Under the pieces are notes generated by a model, which searched no databases, had not been told where the DNA came from, and saw nothing but the letters and a program-made list of their open reading frames with translations. From NCBI GenBank assembly GCA_035574475.1, contig DATLYR010000087.1:4696-68695 (forward strand): a stretch of 64,000 nucleotides of DNA, written 5' to 3'. Both the position numbers and the translations under genes were made by a program. This stretch comes from Nevskiales bacterium (GTDB taxonomy: Bacteria; Pseudomonadota; Gammaproteobacteria; Nevskiales; DATLYR01). Every line of letters starts with the position of its first letter. Position 1 is the stretch's first letter. Positions 42,927 through 58,807 of the stretch are shown here, piece after piece.

Positions 42927-45900
42927 ATGCCGACACCCCGCTTCATCCACCTGCGCGTGCACAGTGAATATTCGCTGGTGGACGGCACCGTGCGCCTGGA
43001 GGCCGTGCGCGACAAGCACAGCAAACAGCTGCTGATCCCGGGCCTCTTCGAACGTCTGCAGGAATTGCACCAGCCGGCGGTGGCGTTGACCGACGAAAGC
43101 AACCTGTTCGCCCTGGTCAAGTTCTATGGCGGCGCACAGAAGGCCGGCATCAAGCCGCTGGCCGGCGCCGACCTGTGGCTGCAGGAAGGTGCAGGCGAAG
43201 CGCCGACGCGGCTGACCCTGCTGTGCCGCGACCGCGAGGGCTATCTCAACCTGTCACGCCTGCTGACGCGCGGCTACCTGGAAGGCCAGCAGGGCGGTCG
43301 CCCGCTGCTGCGACGAGCCTGGCTCGACGGGCTGACCGGCGGGCTGATCGCGCTGTCCGGCGCACGCGAGGGCGACATCGGCCGCGCGCTGCTGGGCGGC
43401 CGCGTGGCACAGGCGCAGCAGGCGCTGGACTTCTGGCGCGGTCTGTTCCCGGGCAGTTTCTACATCGAGCTGCAACGCACCGGGCGCTCCCAGGAAGAGG
43501 CCTATCTGGAGGCCGCCGTCGAGCTGGCCCTGCGTGAAGGTCTGCCGCTGGTGGCGACCAACGACGTGCGCTTCCTGCGCGCCGAGGACTTCCCGGCCCA
43601 TGAGGCGCGCGTCTGCATCCAGGAAGGCTACACCCTCGAGGATGCGCGCCGGCCACGGCGCTGCAGCGATCAGCAGTACCTCAAGTCTGCGGAGCAGATG
43701 GCCGAGCTGTTCGCGGACCTGCCGGAAGCGCTGGAAAACACCGTCGAGATCGCGCGCCGCTGCAATCTGGAAATCGAACTGGGCCGCCACCACCTGCCGG
43801 ATTTTCCGGTGCCGAAGGCGCATACGGTCGTCAGCTACCTGCGCCTGCGCTCGGAGGAAGGCCTGCAGCAGCGGCTGCCGCGCCTGGTTCCGGACGGCGC
43901 ACCGGATACCGAGGCGCGGCGCCGGGTTTACCAGGAGCGTCTCGAGCGCGAACTGGCCGTGATCGAGAAGATGGGCTTCCCGGGTTACTTCCTGATCGTG
44001 GCCGACTTCATCGAATGGGCCAAGACGCACGGCGTGCCGGTCGGGCCCGGCCGCGGCTCCGGCGCGGGTTCGCTGGTGGCTTATTGCCTGGGCATCACCG
44101 ATCTCGACCCGCTGGCCTATGACCTGCTGTTCGAGCGTTTCCTGAACCCCGAGCGGGTGTCGATGCCGGATTTCGACATCGACTTCTGCAAGGAAGGGCG
44201 CGACCGGGTGATCGAGTACGTCGCGCAGCGCTACGGCCGTGAGAAGGTTTCGCAGATCATCACCTTCGGCACCATGGCCGCGCGCGCGGCGGTGCGTGAC
44301 GTCGGCCGGGTACTCGGCCACCCCTATGGCATGGTCGACGCCATCGCCAAGCTGGTGCCTTCGGGGCCGCAGAACCTCGACATCACCCTTGACCAGGCGC
44401 TCAGGGATTCGCCCGAGCTCAAGCGCCGCTATGACGATGAAGAAGAGGTGCGCTACCTGATCGATCTGGCGCGCACACTCGAAGGCCTGGCGCGCAACGC
44501 CGGCAAGCATGCCGGCGGCGTGGTCATCGCGCCCAGCGCGCTGACCGACTTCACGCCGCTGTACTGCGAAGCCGGCGGCGAGCATGCGGTGACCCAGTTC
44601 GACAAGGACGACGTCGAGAAAATCGGCCTGGTCAAGTTCGACTTCCTGGGCCTGAGCACGCTGACCATCATCAACCACGCGCTGCGGCTGCTGAATGCCG
44701 AACGCGCGACGCGCGGCGAGCCGCCGATCGACATCAACACGCTGCCGCTGGATGACGCTGCCACCTACGAACTGCTGCGCAGTGGTGACACCACGGGCGT
44801 GTTCCAGCTGGAGTCGGGCGGCATGCGCCGCTATTTGAAGGCGCTTAAACCGGACTGCTTCGAGGACATCGTCGCCATGGTGGCGCTGTACCGGCCGGGC
44901 CCGTTGCAGTCGGGTATGGTGGACGACTTCATCGCCCGCAAACACGGGCAGCAGAAGGTGAGCTACCCGCATCCTGCGCTGGAGGCGGTGCTCAAGCCCA
45001 CTTACGGCACCATCGTCTACCAGGAACAGGTGATGCAGATCGCGCAGGTGCTGGCCGGCTACACGCTGGGCGGTGCCGACCTCCTGCGCCGCGCCATGGG
45101 CAAGAAAGACGCCAAGATCATGGCCGAGCAGCGGAGCAAGTTCGTGACCGGCGCCGTGCACAACGGCGTCGCCCAGCGCGTAGCCGAGGAGATCTTCGGT
45201 CTCATCGAGAAATTCGCCGAGTACGGCTTCAACAAGTCACACTCCGCGGCCTATGCGCTGGTGACTTATCAGACCGCCTGGCTCAAGGCGCATTATCCGG
45301 CGGCCTTCATGTGCGCGGTGCTGACCGAGGAAATGGGCAACACCGACAAGCTGGTGAAGATGATCGACGGCTGCCGGCGGCTCGGTATCGTCATCGAACC
45401 ACCGGATGTCAATCGCTCCGATTATGCGTTCACGGTGGTCGATCCGAAGACCGTTCGCTACGGCCTGGGTGCGATTCGTGGCGTCGGCCAGACAGCGGTT
45501 GAGGGCGTGCTGGCGGATCGAAATGCCCATGGGCCGTTCACGGGTCTGGATGATTTCTGTCAGCGCATCGACTTGCGCAAACTCAACCGCCGCGTGCTCG
45601 AAACCCTCATCCAGGCCGGCGCCCTCGACAGTTTCGCCAGTACCCGCGCCGGGCTCATGCAGGCGCTGCCGCAGGCGCTGGCCCGCGCCGAGCGCGATAT
45701 GGCCGATCGCAGCGCCGGCCAGGTAGACCTGTTCGGCGGCGCGGCGCCAGTCGCCGTCGCAGCGACGCCGGAGGTGCCGGAATGGCCCGAGGCGGAGCGC
45801 CTGCGGCTGGAAAAGAACACCCTGGGCCTGTATCTGACCGGCCACCCGATCCTGATGTATGCCGAGGAGCTGCGACCGATCGTCAGCGGTCGCCTGGGCG

Positions 45901-46478
45901 ACCTGATCCAGGACGTCGCGCAAGCCGGCGAGTATGGCCGAAGTTACGGCCCGGGCGGCGGGAATGGAGACAAGAGCGTCGTGGTGGCCGGTCTGCTGGT
46001 GGACAAGCGCCGGATCAGGAACGGCAACCGTACGGTGCTGACCCTGGACGACCAGAGCGAGCGGATCGAATGCGTGCTGTTCGAGGAGAAGGCACGCGAA
46101 TACGAACCGCTGCTGCAGCCGGACAAGCTGCTGATCGTGCAGGGGCGGCTGAGCTACGACGACTACGGGGATCGCTACCGCATCACGCCGCAGTCGCTGA
46201 CGGACCTCGAGGGGGCACGCCGGCAGTACGCCACGCGCATCCTGCTCAACGCCCCGGAGGCGGTGCAGATCGATCTCGACGCGCTGGAGCACTGCCTGGG
46301 GAAATACCGGCGCAGCAGCGGCTGCCCGGTGACTTTGCGCTACCATAACGGCCGGGCCCGGGCCGAGCTCACCCTGGACGATGCCTGGAAGGTACAGGTC
46401 TGCGAGGCTCTGCTGGGTGACCTCAAGCGTCTGTTCGGCGATGGATCCGTGCAGGTGCTATACCGCCGGCCTGCTTAG
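42927..46478 (+). CDS. dnaE: DNA polymerase III subunit alpha
   Basis: 1183 aa. PHP domain FIHLRVHSEYSLVDG, GRGSGAGSLVAYCLGITDLDP, OB-fold C-terminus. Confidence 0.97.
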   Translation: MPTPRFIHLRVHSEYSLVDGTVRLEAVRDKHSKQLLIPGLFERLQELHQPAVALTDESNLFALVKFYGGAQKAGIKPLAGADLWLQEGAGEAPTRLTLLCRDREGYLNLSRLLTRGYLEGQQGGRPLLRRAWLDGLTGGLIALSGAREGDIGRALLGGRVAQAQQALDFWRGLFPGSFYIELQRTGRSQEEAYLEAAVELALREGLPLVATNDVRFLRAEDFPAHEARVCIQEGYTLEDARRPRRCSDQQYLKSAEQMAELFADLPEALENTVEIARRCNLEIELGRHHLPDFPVPKAHTVVSYLRLRSEEGLQQRLPRLVPDGAPDTEARRRVYQERLERELAVIEKMGFPGYFLIVADFIEWAKTHGVPVGPGRGSGAGSLVAYCLGITDLDPLAYDLLFERFLNPERVSMPDFDIDFCKEGRDRVIEYVAQRYGREKVSQIITFGTMAARAAVRDVGRVLGHPYGMVDAIAKLVPSGPQNLDITLDQALRDSPELKRRYDDEEEVRYLIDLARTLEGLARNAGKHAGGVVIAPSALTDFTPLYCEAGGEHAVTQFDKDDVEKIGLVKFDFLGLSTLTIINHALRLLNAERATRGEPPIDINTLPLDDAATYELLRSGDTTGVFQLESGGMRRYLKALKPDCFEDIVAMVALYRPGPLQSGMVDDFIARKHGQQKVSYPHPALEAVLKPTYGTIVYQEQVMQIAQVLAGYTLGGADLLRRAMGKKDAKIMAEQRSKFVTGAVHNGVAQRVAEEIFGLIEKFAEYGFNKSHSAAYALVTYQTAWLKAHYPAAFMCAVLTEEMGNTDKLVKMIDGCRRLGIVIEPPDVNRSDYAFTVVDPKTVRYGLGAIRGVGQTAVEGVLADRNAHGPFTGLDDFCQRIDLRKLNRRVLETLIQAGALDSFASTRAGLMQALPQALARAERDMADRSAGQVDLFGGAAPVAVAATPEVPEWPEAERLRLEKNTLGLYLTGHPILMYAEELRPIVSGRLGDLIQDVAQAGEYGRSYGPGGGNGDKSVVVAGLLVDKRRIRNGNRTVLTLDDQSERIECVLFEEKAREYEPLLQPDKLLIVQGRLSYDDYGDRYRITPQSLTDLEGARRQYATRILLNAPEAVQIDLDALEHCLGKYRRSSGCPVTLRYHNGRARAELTLDDAWKVQVCEALLGDLKRLFGDGSVQVLYRRPA

Positions 46479-46508
46479 GCGGCCGGTCTTGCCGATGTCA
46501 GGGAACGC

Positions 46509-47465
46509 ATGAATCTCGATTATCTGGATTTCGAACAGCCCATCGCCGAACTGCAGCAGAAGATCGAAGAGCTGCGACTGGTGGCCGACGGCAGCGTGGT
46601 CAACCTGAGCGAGGAGATCGCGCGCCTGGAAGGTAAGATCAAGGTGCTCACCGAGCAGATCTTCAGCGGGCTGTCGGCCTGGCAGGTGACCCAGCTGGCA
46701 CGCCACCCGCAGCGGCCGTACACGCTCGATTACGTGCAGGGCATTTTCACCGACTTCAACGAGCTGCATGGCGACCGCGGCTTTCGTGACGATCCGTCCA
46801 TCGTCGGCGGTCTGGCGCGGCTGGAAGGGCGCCCGGTGATGGTCATCGGCCACCAGAAGGGCCGCGACACCAAGGAAAAACTGGCGCGCAACTTCGGCAT
46901 GTCCAAGCCGGAGGGCTACCGCAAGGCGCTGCGACTGATGCAGATGGCCGAGCGCTTCCGGCTGCCGATCATCACCCTGATCGACACCCCCGGCGCCTAC
47001 CCGGGGATCGATGCCGAAGAGCGTAACCAGAGCGAGGCCATCGCCCGCAATCTCTTCGTGATGTCCCAGCTGAAGACGCCGATCCTGTGCGTGGTGACGG
47101 GCGAGGGCGGCTCCGGCGGCGCGCTGGCGGTGGGTGTCGGCGATCACATCGCCATGCTGCAGTACAGCGTCTACTCGGTGATCTCGCCGGAGGGCTGCGC
47201 CTCGATCCTGTGGCGCAGCGCCGACAAGGCGCCGGAGGCGGCCGAGGTCATGGGCATGACCTCGCAGCGCATCTACGAGCTGGGCCTGATCGACGAGATC
47301 ATTCCCGAACCGCTGGGCGGTGCGCACCGTGATCCGGCGCGCATGGCTGCGGAACTCAAGTCCCGTCTGCTGGCCAATCTCGAGCGCCTGCAGCAGGTGC
47401 CCGCCACGGAACTGGTCAACCGCCGCTACGAGCGGCTGATGCGCTACGCGCGCGTCAAGGAATAG
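46509..47465 (+). CDS. accA: Acetyl-CoA carboxylase carboxyltransferase subunit alpha
   Basis: 318 aa, [32 protein letters not shown]. Confidence 0.97.
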   Translation: MNLDYLDFEQPIAELQQKIEELRLVADGSVVNLSEEIARLEGKIKVLTEQIFSGLSAWQVTQLARHPQRPYTLDYVQGIFTDFNELHGDRGFRDDPSIVGGLARLEGRPVMVIGHQKGRDTKEKLARNFGMSKPEGYRKALRLMQMAERFRLPIITLIDTPGAYPGIDAEERNQSEAIARNLFVMSQLKTPILCVVTGEGGSGGALAVGVGDHIAMLQYSVYSVISPEGCASILWRSADKAPEAAEVMGMTSQRIYELGLIDEIIPEPLGGAHRDPARMAAELKSRLLANLERLQQVPATELVNRRYERLMRYARVKE

Positions 47466-47466
47466 G

Positions 47467-50570
<3,104 letters not shown>

Positions 50571-50578
50571 GAGTGCCC

Positions 50579-51409
50579 GTGAAGCTGTGCGGATTCGACG
50601 TCGGTGCGGAGCGGCCGTTCTTTCTGATTGCCGGGCCGGACACGCTGGAGAGTGAGGCCCTGTGCCTCGAGGTTGCCGGGCACCTGAAGGAAGTCACCGC
50701 CGCGCTGGGCATCCCCTACATCTTCAAGGGCTCTTTCGACAAGGCCAACCGTTCCTCCGGCAAGTCCTACCGCGGCCCCGGCATCGAGGAAGGGCTGCGC
50801 ATCCTCAGCGAGGTGCAGCGCCAGGTTGGCGTGCCGGTGCTGACCGATGTGCACGAGTACACGCCGATCGCCGAGGTCGCGGCAGTGGTGGATGTGCTGC
50901 AGACACCGGCCTTCCTGTGCCGCCAGACCGATTTCATCCAGAACGTTGCCCGCGCCGGCAAGCCGGTCAACATCAAGAAGGGGCAGTTCATGTCGCCCTG
51001 GGAGATGGGCAACGTGGTGGACAAGGCGCGCGCCACCGGCAACACGCAGATCCTGCTGTGCGAGCGCGGCTTTTCCTTCGGCTACAACAACCTGGTGGTG
51101 GACATGCGGGGCCTGGCCGCCATGCGCGGCTATGCGCCGGTAGTGTTCGATGCCACGCATTCGGTACAGCTGCCGGGCGGGCAGGGCGCGCGCTCGGGCG
51201 GCCAGCGCGAGTTCATCCCGGTGCTGGCGCGCGCCGCCATTGCCGCGGGGGTAGCGGGCCTGTTCATGGAAACCCACCCTGACCCGGACCAGGCCCTGTG
51301 CGACGGCCCAAACTCCTGGCCCCTCAAGTACGCGCGCGCCCTGCTGGAGATGCTGAAGACCCTGGACGCAGCCGTCAAAGCGCGCCCTTACGCCGAAAAT
51401 ATCCTCTGA
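50579..51409 (+). CDS. kdsA: 3-deoxy-8-phosphooctulonate synthase
   Basis: GTG 50579 preferred (AGGAG 5 nt upstream); the track start 50573 overlaps the [26 protein letters not shown]. Confidence 0.94.
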   Translation: MKLCGFDVGAERPFFLIAGPDTLESEALCLEVAGHLKEVTAALGIPYIFKGSFDKANRSSGKSYRGPGIEEGLRILSEVQRQVGVPVLTDVHEYTPIAEVAAVVDVLQTPAFLCRQTDFIQNVARAGKPVNIKKGQFMSPWEMGNVVDKARATGNTQILLCERGFSFGYNNLVVDMRGLAAMRGYAPVVFDATHSVQLPGGQGARSGGQREFIPVLARAAIAAGVAGLFMETHPDPDQALCDGPNSWPLKYARALLEMLKTLDAAVKARPYAENIL

Positions 51410-52723
<1,314 letters not shown>

Positions 52724-52732
52724 GATCGGGGC

Positions 52733-53008
52733 ATGTACCGTGCCGTGCTGGGCGTCCTCATCCTGCTGCTGCTCCTGCTGCAGTACCGGCTGTGGCTGGG
52801 CGAGGGCGGCTATGCCAGCGTGTACCGCCTGAGCCGCGAGATCGAAGCGCAGGCGCACACCAACCAGGCCCTGGGTACGCGTAACCGCCAGCTCGAGGCC
52901 GAGATCAACAGCCTGAAGGAAGGCGATGCCGCCACCGAGGAACGGGCGCGCGCCGACCTCGGCATGGTCAAGGAAGGCGAGCATTTCTACCTGATCGTCG
53001 AGCCCTGA
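52733..53008 (+). CDS. ftsB: Cell division protein FtsB
   Basis: 91 aa. N-terminal TM helix plus coiled coil. Canonical eno-ftsB-ispD order. Confidence 0.9.
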   Translation: MYRAVLGVLILLLLLLQYRLWLGEGGYASVYRLSREIEAQAHTNQALGTRNRQLEAEINSLKEGDAATEERARADLGMVKEGEHFYLIVEP

Positions 53009-53035
53009 CGCAGGCCCGGTCCTGCGGCTGTCCCG

Positions 53036-53746
53036 ATGGCACCACCGCTCCGATTCTGGGCCCTGATTCCGGCGGCCGGGCGCGGCGCGCGGATGGGCCT
53101 GGAGCGACCCAAGCAGTACCTCACGCTCGGCGGCAAGACCATGCTGGAGCACTCACTGGGTCTGTTCCTCGACCATGCACGCATCGCCGGTGTGGTGGTC
53201 GCGCTGGCGCCACAGGACCCGTATTGGCCGCAGCTGAAGATCGCACACACGCCGCGCGTGCATGCGGTGACCGGGGGCGATGAGCGCGCGCAGTCGGTGC
53301 TGGCCGGCCTGCGGCGGCTGGGCGAGATGGCGGGACAGGAGGACTGGGTGCTGGTGCATGACGCGGCGCGACCCTGCCTGGACCGGGGCATGATCGATCG
53401 CTTGATGGCCGAGCTGGAGCAGGACCCGGTCGGCGGCCTGCTGGCCCTGCCGGCGCGGGATACCATCAAGCAGGCGCAGGAGGGTCGCGTCGCGGCAACG
53501 CTCGACCGGCGCCAGCTCTGGCATGCACAGACGCCGCAGATGTTCCGCCTCGGTGCGCTGCACGCGGCCCTGACCGGTGCCATCGCGGCCGGCCGCGCCG
53601 TGACCGACGAGTCCATGGCCATGGAACTGGCCGGCCATGCACCGCGCCTGGTCGAGGGCAGTGCCGACAACCTCAAGATCACGCGGCGCGAGGACCTGGG
53701 GCTGGCCGAATTCATCCTGCGGCGGCGTGCGGAGGGCGTGCAATGA
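53036..53746 (+). CDS. ispD: 2-C-methyl-D-erythritol 4-phosphate cytidylyltransferase
   Basis: 236 aa, [13 protein letters not shown]. Confidence 0.95.
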   Translation: MAPPLRFWALIPAAGRGARMGLERPKQYLTLGGKTMLEHSLGLFLDHARIAGVVVALAPQDPYWPQLKIAHTPRVHAVTGGDERAQSVLAGLRRLGEMAGQEDWVLVHDAARPCLDRGMIDRLMAELEQDPVGGLLALPARDTIKQAQEGRVAATLDRRQLWHAQTPQMFRLGALHAALTGAIAAGRAVTDESMAMELAGHAPRLVEGSADNLKITRREDLGLAEFILRRRAEGVQ

Positions 53747-54231
53747 CGGTCCGGATCGGGCATGGTTTCGACGCGCACCGCTTCGGGCCAGGCGATCACG
53801 TCACGCTGGGCGGCGTGCGCATCGCGCACGCGCGCGGCGTGGTGGCGCACTCGGACGGTGACGTGCTGATCCACGCGCTGTGCGACGCGCTGCTCGGCGC
53901 CGCCGCGCTCGGCGACATCGGCCGGCATTTCCCGGACAGCGACCCGCGCTACCGCGGTGCCGACAGCCGGGACTTGCTGCGCCAGGTCATCGGAATGCTG
54001 CATGAGCGCGGCTATGCCGTGGTCAATGCCGACCTCACCCTGGTCGCGCAGGCGCCGCGCGTGGCGGCACACATTGGCGCGATGCGCAAAGTGCTTTCCG
54101 GTGACCTGCAAGTGGGTGAGGACGCGGTAAACATCAAGGCCACGACCACCGAACAGATGGGTTGGATCGGGCGTGGGGAAGGGTTGGCGGCGCACGCCGT
54201 GGTTCTCATCCGCAAGCCGTCAGCGGCTTGA
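53743..54231 (+). CDS. ispF: 2-C-methyl-D-erythritol 2,4-cyclodiphosphate synthase
   Basis: 162 aa. [26 protein letters not shown] overlap with ispD. Confidence 0.96.
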   Translation: MTVRIGHGFDAHRFGPGDHVTLGGVRIAHARGVVAHSDGDVLIHALCDALLGAAALGDIGRHFPDSDPRYRGADSRDLLRQVIGMLHERGYAVVNADLTLVAQAPRVAAHIGAMRKVLSGDLQVGEDAVNIKATTTEQMGWIGRGEGLAAHAVVLIRKPSAA

Positions 54232-54264
54232 CCTACTGATTGATAAGTCACTAGACTCGCAAAG

Positions 54265-54897
54265 ATGTTGGGCAAAACGCTGAATCCGGAACAGGGCCTG
54301 CGCGCACGCACGCCGGCCGCGGGCACGAAAGAACCCAGCACGCGCGACCTGATTCTCGACACGGCCGAGGAGCTGCTGCAACGCCGCAGCTACAACGCCT
54401 TCAGCTACCAGCACATCGCGGTGCAGCTGGGCATCCGCAACGCCGCCATCCACTATCATTTCCCGTCGAAGGCCGATCTGGGCACCGCGCTGATCCGTCG
54501 CTATCGCGAGCGTTACCGGGCATATCTCGACGACATCGAAGGCTCGACCACCGACCCCTGGACGCTGCTGCAGGGTTTCTTCCGCATCTACCTGCAGTAC
54601 CTGGAGGCGGGCGACATGGTCTGCCCGAGCGGCGTGCTCGGCGCTGAATTTTCCTCGATCCCCGCCTCGATGCAGGAAGAAACGCGGCTGATGCTGCGCG
54701 AGATCTACGAGTGGCTGATCTCGGTGCTGGCGCGCGGCCGCGAGTCCGGGCAGCTGCGCTTCGGCGGCACGCCGGAAGGCAAGGCACTGGAGATCGGCTG
54801 CGCGCTGCAGGGCGCGCTGCAGATCGCGCGCTGCACCGACAAGGAACGCTTCCACCTCGTGCTGCAGCAGATCGAGGCCGAGCTCAAGCCCGCCTGA
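54265..54897 (+). CDS. TetR/AcrR-family transcriptional regulator
   Basis: 210 aa. N-terminal HTH FSYQHIAVQLGIRNAAIHYHFPSK. Confidence 0.88.
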   Translation: MLGKTLNPEQGLRARTPAAGTKEPSTRDLILDTAEELLQRRSYNAFSYQHIAVQLGIRNAAIHYHFPSKADLGTALIRRYRERYRAYLDDIEGSTTDPWTLLQGFFRIYLQYLEAGDMVCPSGVLGAEFSSIPASMQEETRLMLREIYEWLISVLARGRESGQLRFGGTPEGKALEIGCALQGALQIARCTDKERFHLVLQQIEAELKPA

Positions 54898-54912
54898 GGG
54901 CCGCCGCCAGAC

Positions 54913-55455
54913 TCAGCGTCGCAGCAGCACGTACAGCGCACCGCTGCCACCCTCGGCCGGGACGGCCGAACAAAAGGCCAGCACGTCCTTGCGTCGCCGC
55001 AGCCAGCTTGCCACCTGTGGTTTGAGCACCGGCATACCGGAACGTGAACGCAGGCCCTTGCCGTGGACGATCCGCACGCAGCGCAGGCTGCGCGCATGTG
55101 CCTGCTGCAGGAATCCGGCCAGCCGCGCGCGCGCCTGGTCCAGGTTGAGTCCGTGCAGGTCGAGCTCGGCCTGGCGCGCATACTGTCCGCGCCGCAGCTT
55201 GCGCATCACCGACAGTTGCACGCCGTTCTGGCGAAACTCAATTTCCTCGCCGGTTTCCTGCGTGGCAGGGTCGGGCGCATGATCCAGCAGGCTGTCCATC
55301 ACGGCGCGCTCGTCCGCCTCGCTCTGCCGCGGACGCGTCGAGGGCGGCGACCGGCGGGACGTCACGCGACCGTCGCACGGCAGCGGCGCAATGGCGCCGA
55401 CCGCGGTACGGAACAACGCGGCGTCTTCCGGGCTGATGTCGGGCTTGCGGTTCAT
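54913..55455 (-). CDS. Smr-domain protein (SmrA/YfcN-like endonuclease)
   Basis: 180 aa from ATG 55455 (MNRKPDISPEDAALFR). C-terminal Smr domain ELDLHGLNLDQA...VRIVHGKG. The ORF-track N-terminal extension is antisense to surE. Confidence 0.85.
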   Translation of the reverse strand: MNRKPDISPEDAALFRTAVGAIAPLPCDGRVTSRRSPPSTRPRQSEADERAVMDSLLDHAPDPATQETGEEIEFRQNGVQLSVMRKLRRGQYARQAELDLHGLNLDQARARLAGFLQQAHARSLRCVRIVHGKGLRSRSGMPVLKPQVASWLRRRKDVLAFCSAVPAEGGSGALYVLLRR

Positions 55456-55555
55456 GCTTGCCGCTGCGCTCGGGCCAGTGACCGCCAGTATAGGATAAGA
55501 TTGCACTACGACCGGCCGGCGTCCCGCCGGCCGGCCGCGTGTCTTCAGGGACTTC

Positions 55556-56305
55556 ATGCGCATCCTGCTGAGCAATGACGATGGCTGCCAGGCCCCTGGC
55601 CTGCGCGCGCTGATGGCGGCGCTATCGGCGCGTGCCGAGGTCACGGTAGTGGCGCCGGACCGCAACCGCAGCGGCGCCAGCAACTCGTTGACGCTGGAAC
55701 GCCCGCTGCGCGTGCGCCAGGAGGCGGACGGTGTGATGTGCGTGGATGGCACACCGACCGACTGCGTGCATATCGCCATCACCGGTCTGCTGGAACGGCC
55801 GCCGGACATGGTGGTCTCCGGCATCAACGCCGGCGCCAATCTGGGCGACGACGTGATCTACTCCGGCACGGTCGCGGCGGCGATGGAAGGGCGCTTCCTG
55901 GGTTTCCCGGCGATCGCCATTTCCTGCGTGTCCTACCGACCGCAGCATTACGAGACGGCGGCGCGCGTGGCGCTGAATCTGATCGATCACCTGCGCAAGC
56001 AGCCGCTGCCGCGCGACACAATCCTGAACGTGAACGTGCCCGACCTGCCCTGGGAGTCGCTGGCCGGGTTCGAGGCCACGCGCCTCGGCCAGCGCCACCG
56101 CTCCGAGCCGGTGCAGAAGAGCCAGGATCCGCGCGGGCGTCCGATCTGGTGGATCGGCAGCGCCGGCGCCGAGCACGATGCCGGACCGGGCACCGACTTC
56201 CACGCCATCAGCCACAACCGCGTATCGGTCACGCCCATACTCGTGGATCTGACCCGCCATGCCGCCGTGCCGCAGGTCGCGGAGTGGTTGCGGACGCTGA
56301 CATGA
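55556..56305 (+). CDS. surE: 5'/3'-nucleotidase SurE
   Basis: 249 aa, [10 protein letters not shown]. Confidence 0.96.
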   Translation: MRILLSNDDGCQAPGLRALMAALSARAEVTVVAPDRNRSGASNSLTLERPLRVRQEADGVMCVDGTPTDCVHIAITGLLERPPDMVVSGINAGANLGDDVIYSGTVAAAMEGRFLGFPAIAISCVSYRPQHYETAARVALNLIDHLRKQPLPRDTILNVNVPDLPWESLAGFEATRLGQRHRSEPVQKSQDPRGRPIWWIGSAGAEHDAGPGTDFHAISHNRVSVTPILVDLTRHAAVPQVAEWLRTLT

Positions 56306-56970
56306 CCCGCCACCCGCATGCACGCGGCCTGGGCATGGCCAGTAGCCGCAGCCGTGAGCGCCTGGTCCAGCAGTTGCGTGAGGAAGGCATCCGCGATGCC
56401 CGTGTTCTGGCCGCCATCGCCAAGGTGCCGCGACACCGTTTCATCGACGAAGCCCTGGCCAGCCGTGCATACGACAACACCGCGCTGCCGATCGGTTTCG
56501 GCCAGACTATCTCGCAGCCCTACGTAGTGGCACGCATGACCGAGCAGCTGCTGGCCGAGCCGGGTGTGCGCACGGTGCTGGAAGTCGGAACCGGCTGCGG
56601 CTACCAGACCGCCATCCTCGCCGAATTGGTCGACCAAGTGTATTCGATCGAGCGGCTGCAGCCGCTGTACCAGCAGGCGCGCACGCGGCTGCGTGAGCTC
56701 GGCTACACGCGGGTGTGGCTGCTGCACGGCGATGGCTACAAGGGCTGGCCCGAGCATGCGCCCTATGACGGTATCCTGGTGGCGGCAGCTTCGCACAGCG
56801 TCCCGGAGGCCCTGCTGCGTCAGCTCAAGCCGGGTGGGCGCATGATCATTCCGGTCGGACCGCCGGGATGCCAGGTGCTGCAGCGGATCGTGCGCACGGA
56901 GACCGGCTACGAGACGGCGGCACTGGACGCGGTCAGCTTCGTGCCGCTGGTCAGCGGCAGCCTGCCCTGA
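56302..56970 (+). CDS. pcm: Protein-L-isoaspartate O-methyltransferase
   Basis: ATG 56302 overlaps the surE stop. SAM motif [13 protein letters not shown]. Confidence 0.95.
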   Translation: MTRHPHARGLGMASSRSRERLVQQLREEGIRDARVLAAIAKVPRHRFIDEALASRAYDNTALPIGFGQTISQPYVVARMTEQLLAEPGVRTVLEVGTGCGYQTAILAELVDQVYSIERLQPLYQQARTRLRELGYTRVWLLHGDGYKGWPEHAPYDGILVAAASHSVPEALLRQLKPGGRMIIPVGPPGCQVLQRIVRTETGYETAALDAVSFVPLVSGSLP

Positions 56971-56986
56971 ATATCATGGATGGGCG

Positions 56987-57748
56987 ATGATGAAACGCCC
57001 GAAGCCTCTGCGTCTGCTGCCAGGCCTGGTACTGCTGCTCGCCCTGGGCGGCTGCGCGCTGTTCGACATCTCGCCGGAGCCCGAGGAATACGTGGTCCAG
57101 CAGGGCGACACGCTGTACTCCATCGCTTGGCGCAACGATCTGGATTTCCGTGAATTGGCGGCATGGAACGGCATCAAGCCGCCGTACACCATACGCCCAG
57201 GTCAGGTGTTGCTGTTGGAGCCACCGGAAGGTTTCGTGTATGCCCCGGCCGATACGCCGCCGGCGCCGCCACCGCCAGCCGTCAGCACCACACCGCTACC
57301 GAGTGAAGAGGACGTCGAGGTGCGCCCGGCCGATGTGCCACAGGCGCCGCCGGTCACGGTGGCGACCGCGCCCCCGCCCAGTGCAATCAAATGGCGCTGG
57401 CCGGCGGAGGGCGAACTGCTGACGATGGAAAGTTCAACGGGCAAACCCGGCATAGCCATTGCCGGCCGCCTCGGTCAGCCCGTACGTGCCGCCGCCGCCG
57501 GCCGCGTCGTCTACAGCGGCAGCGGTTTGCAGGGTTACGGTCAGCTGGTGATCGTCAAGCACGAGGACAATTTCCTCAGTGCCTATGGCTACAACCGGCG
57601 CCTGCTGGTACGGCAGGGCGACGAGGTGCATCCCGGGCAGCCCATCGCCGAGATGGGCGAGGGACCCCAGCGCAGGCCGGTACTGCATTTCGAGATCCGC
57701 CGCGGCGGGCAGTCGCTCGATCCGTTGCAACTGCTGCCCGCGCGTTGA
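56987..57748 (+). CDS. nlpD: Murein hydrolase activator lipoprotein NlpD (LysM + M23)
   Basis: Lipobox LLALGGC. LysM YVVQQGDTLYSIAWRN. Pro-rich linker. C-terminal M23-like domain. Confidence 0.93.
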   Translation: MMKRPKPLRLLPGLVLLLALGGCALFDISPEPEEYVVQQGDTLYSIAWRNDLDFRELAAWNGIKPPYTIRPGQVLLLEPPEGFVYAPADTPPAPPPPAVSTTPLPSEEDVEVRPADVPQAPPVTVATAPPPSAIKWRWPAEGELLTMESSTGKPGIAIAGRLGQPVRAAAAGRVVYSGSGLQGYGQLVIVKHEDNFLSAYGYNRRLLVRQGDEVHPGQPIAEMGEGPQRRPVLHFEIRRGGQSLDPLQLLPAR

Positions 57749-57780
57749 CCGGGTCGCAACGCTGCCGGTAGCTTAGCGAT

Positions 57781-58749
57781 ATGAAGCAGGTCAGGCGCAG
57801 GCGCGGCCAGCCGGGCAAGATTGATGCCGGGGCCGATACCAGCCAGGAAATACCCGCCGGCGAGAGCGTCATCGATCAAGAGTCTGCGGACGAGAGCCCG
57901 GTCCGCAGCCATGAGCCCGATCTGGATGCCACGCAGCTCTATCTGAGCGAAATCGGTTTCGTGCCGCTGCTGACCGCAGAGGAAGAGGTCGAACTCGGCC
58001 GGCGCGCGCGGCGTGGCGATCCTGCGGCGCGCAAGCGCATGATCGAAAGCAATCTGCGGCTGGTGGTGAAGATCGCGCGTCGCTACCTGGGCCGCGGATT
58101 GCCGTTGCTCGATCTGATCGAGGAAGGCAATCTCGGACTGATGCGCGCGGTCGAAAAATTCGACCCGGAGCTCGGTTACCGCTTCTCGACCTACGCGACC
58201 TGGTGGATCCGACAGACCATCGAACGCGGCATCATCAACCAGGGCCGCACCGTGCGCCTGCCCATCCACGTCATCCGCCGGATCAACGCCTATGTCCGCG
58301 CCAACCGCCGGCTGGCTCAGGATCTGGAACGTGAGCCGCATCTGGACGAGATTGCGGCGCTGTTCGATCGCTCGCTGGACGAAGTCGAGCGCATGCGCAG
58401 CCTGCGCGAGCCGATTGCCTCGGTGGATTCGGGCCAGGGCGAGGACGGAGACTGGGCGCTGCTGGATTCCCTCAGCGACGAGAACCTCCCGGGCCCGGCC
58501 GACCTCATCGAGATGGAGGACATGCGCGCCGTGCTCGACCGCTGGCTGCAGGCCCTCAGCGAGAAGCAGCGGCGCGTCATCGAACTGCGCTTCGGCCTGG
58601 ATGGTTCCGAGCGCGCCACACTGGAGGAGGTCGGTGCCGAGCTGGGCGTGACCCGCGAGCGCGTACGCCAGATCCAGGTCGAGGCCATGCGCCGGCTGCG
58701 GCAGCTGCTGATCAAGGCCGGGATCACGCGCGAAACCCTGCAGGAGTGA
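57781..58749 (+). CDS. rpoS: RNA polymerase sigma factor RpoS
   Basis: 322 aa. Region 2 [11 protein letters not shown], region 4 HTH. Canonical surE-pcm-nlpD-rpoS order. Confidence 0.93.
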   Translation: MKQVRRRRGQPGKIDAGADTSQEIPAGESVIDQESADESPVRSHEPDLDATQLYLSEIGFVPLLTAEEEVELGRRARRGDPAARKRMIESNLRLVVKIARRYLGRGLPLLDLIEEGNLGLMRAVEKFDPELGYRFSTYATWWIRQTIERGIINQGRTVRLPIHVIRRINAYVRANRRLAQDLEREPHLDEIAALFDRSLDEVERMRSLREPIASVDSGQGEDGDWALLDSLSDENLPGPADLIEMEDMRAVLDRWLQALSEKQRRVIELRFGLDGSERATLEEVGAELGVTRERVRQIQVEAMRRLRQLLIKAGITRETLQE

Positions 58750-58778
58750 GCACGGCGGGACTGCCTGCCGTCCGGGAA

Positions 58779-58807
58779 AAGACATGGCCGGCCAAATCCC
58801 TTAGAAT
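58779..58807 (+). promoter_or_regulatory. Putative sigma70 promoter of the aminotransferase-hom-thrC operon
   Basis: AAGACA (58779-58784), 17 nt spacer, TAGAAT (58802-58807). Followed by a leader hairpin at 58822-58863. Confidence 0.35.
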
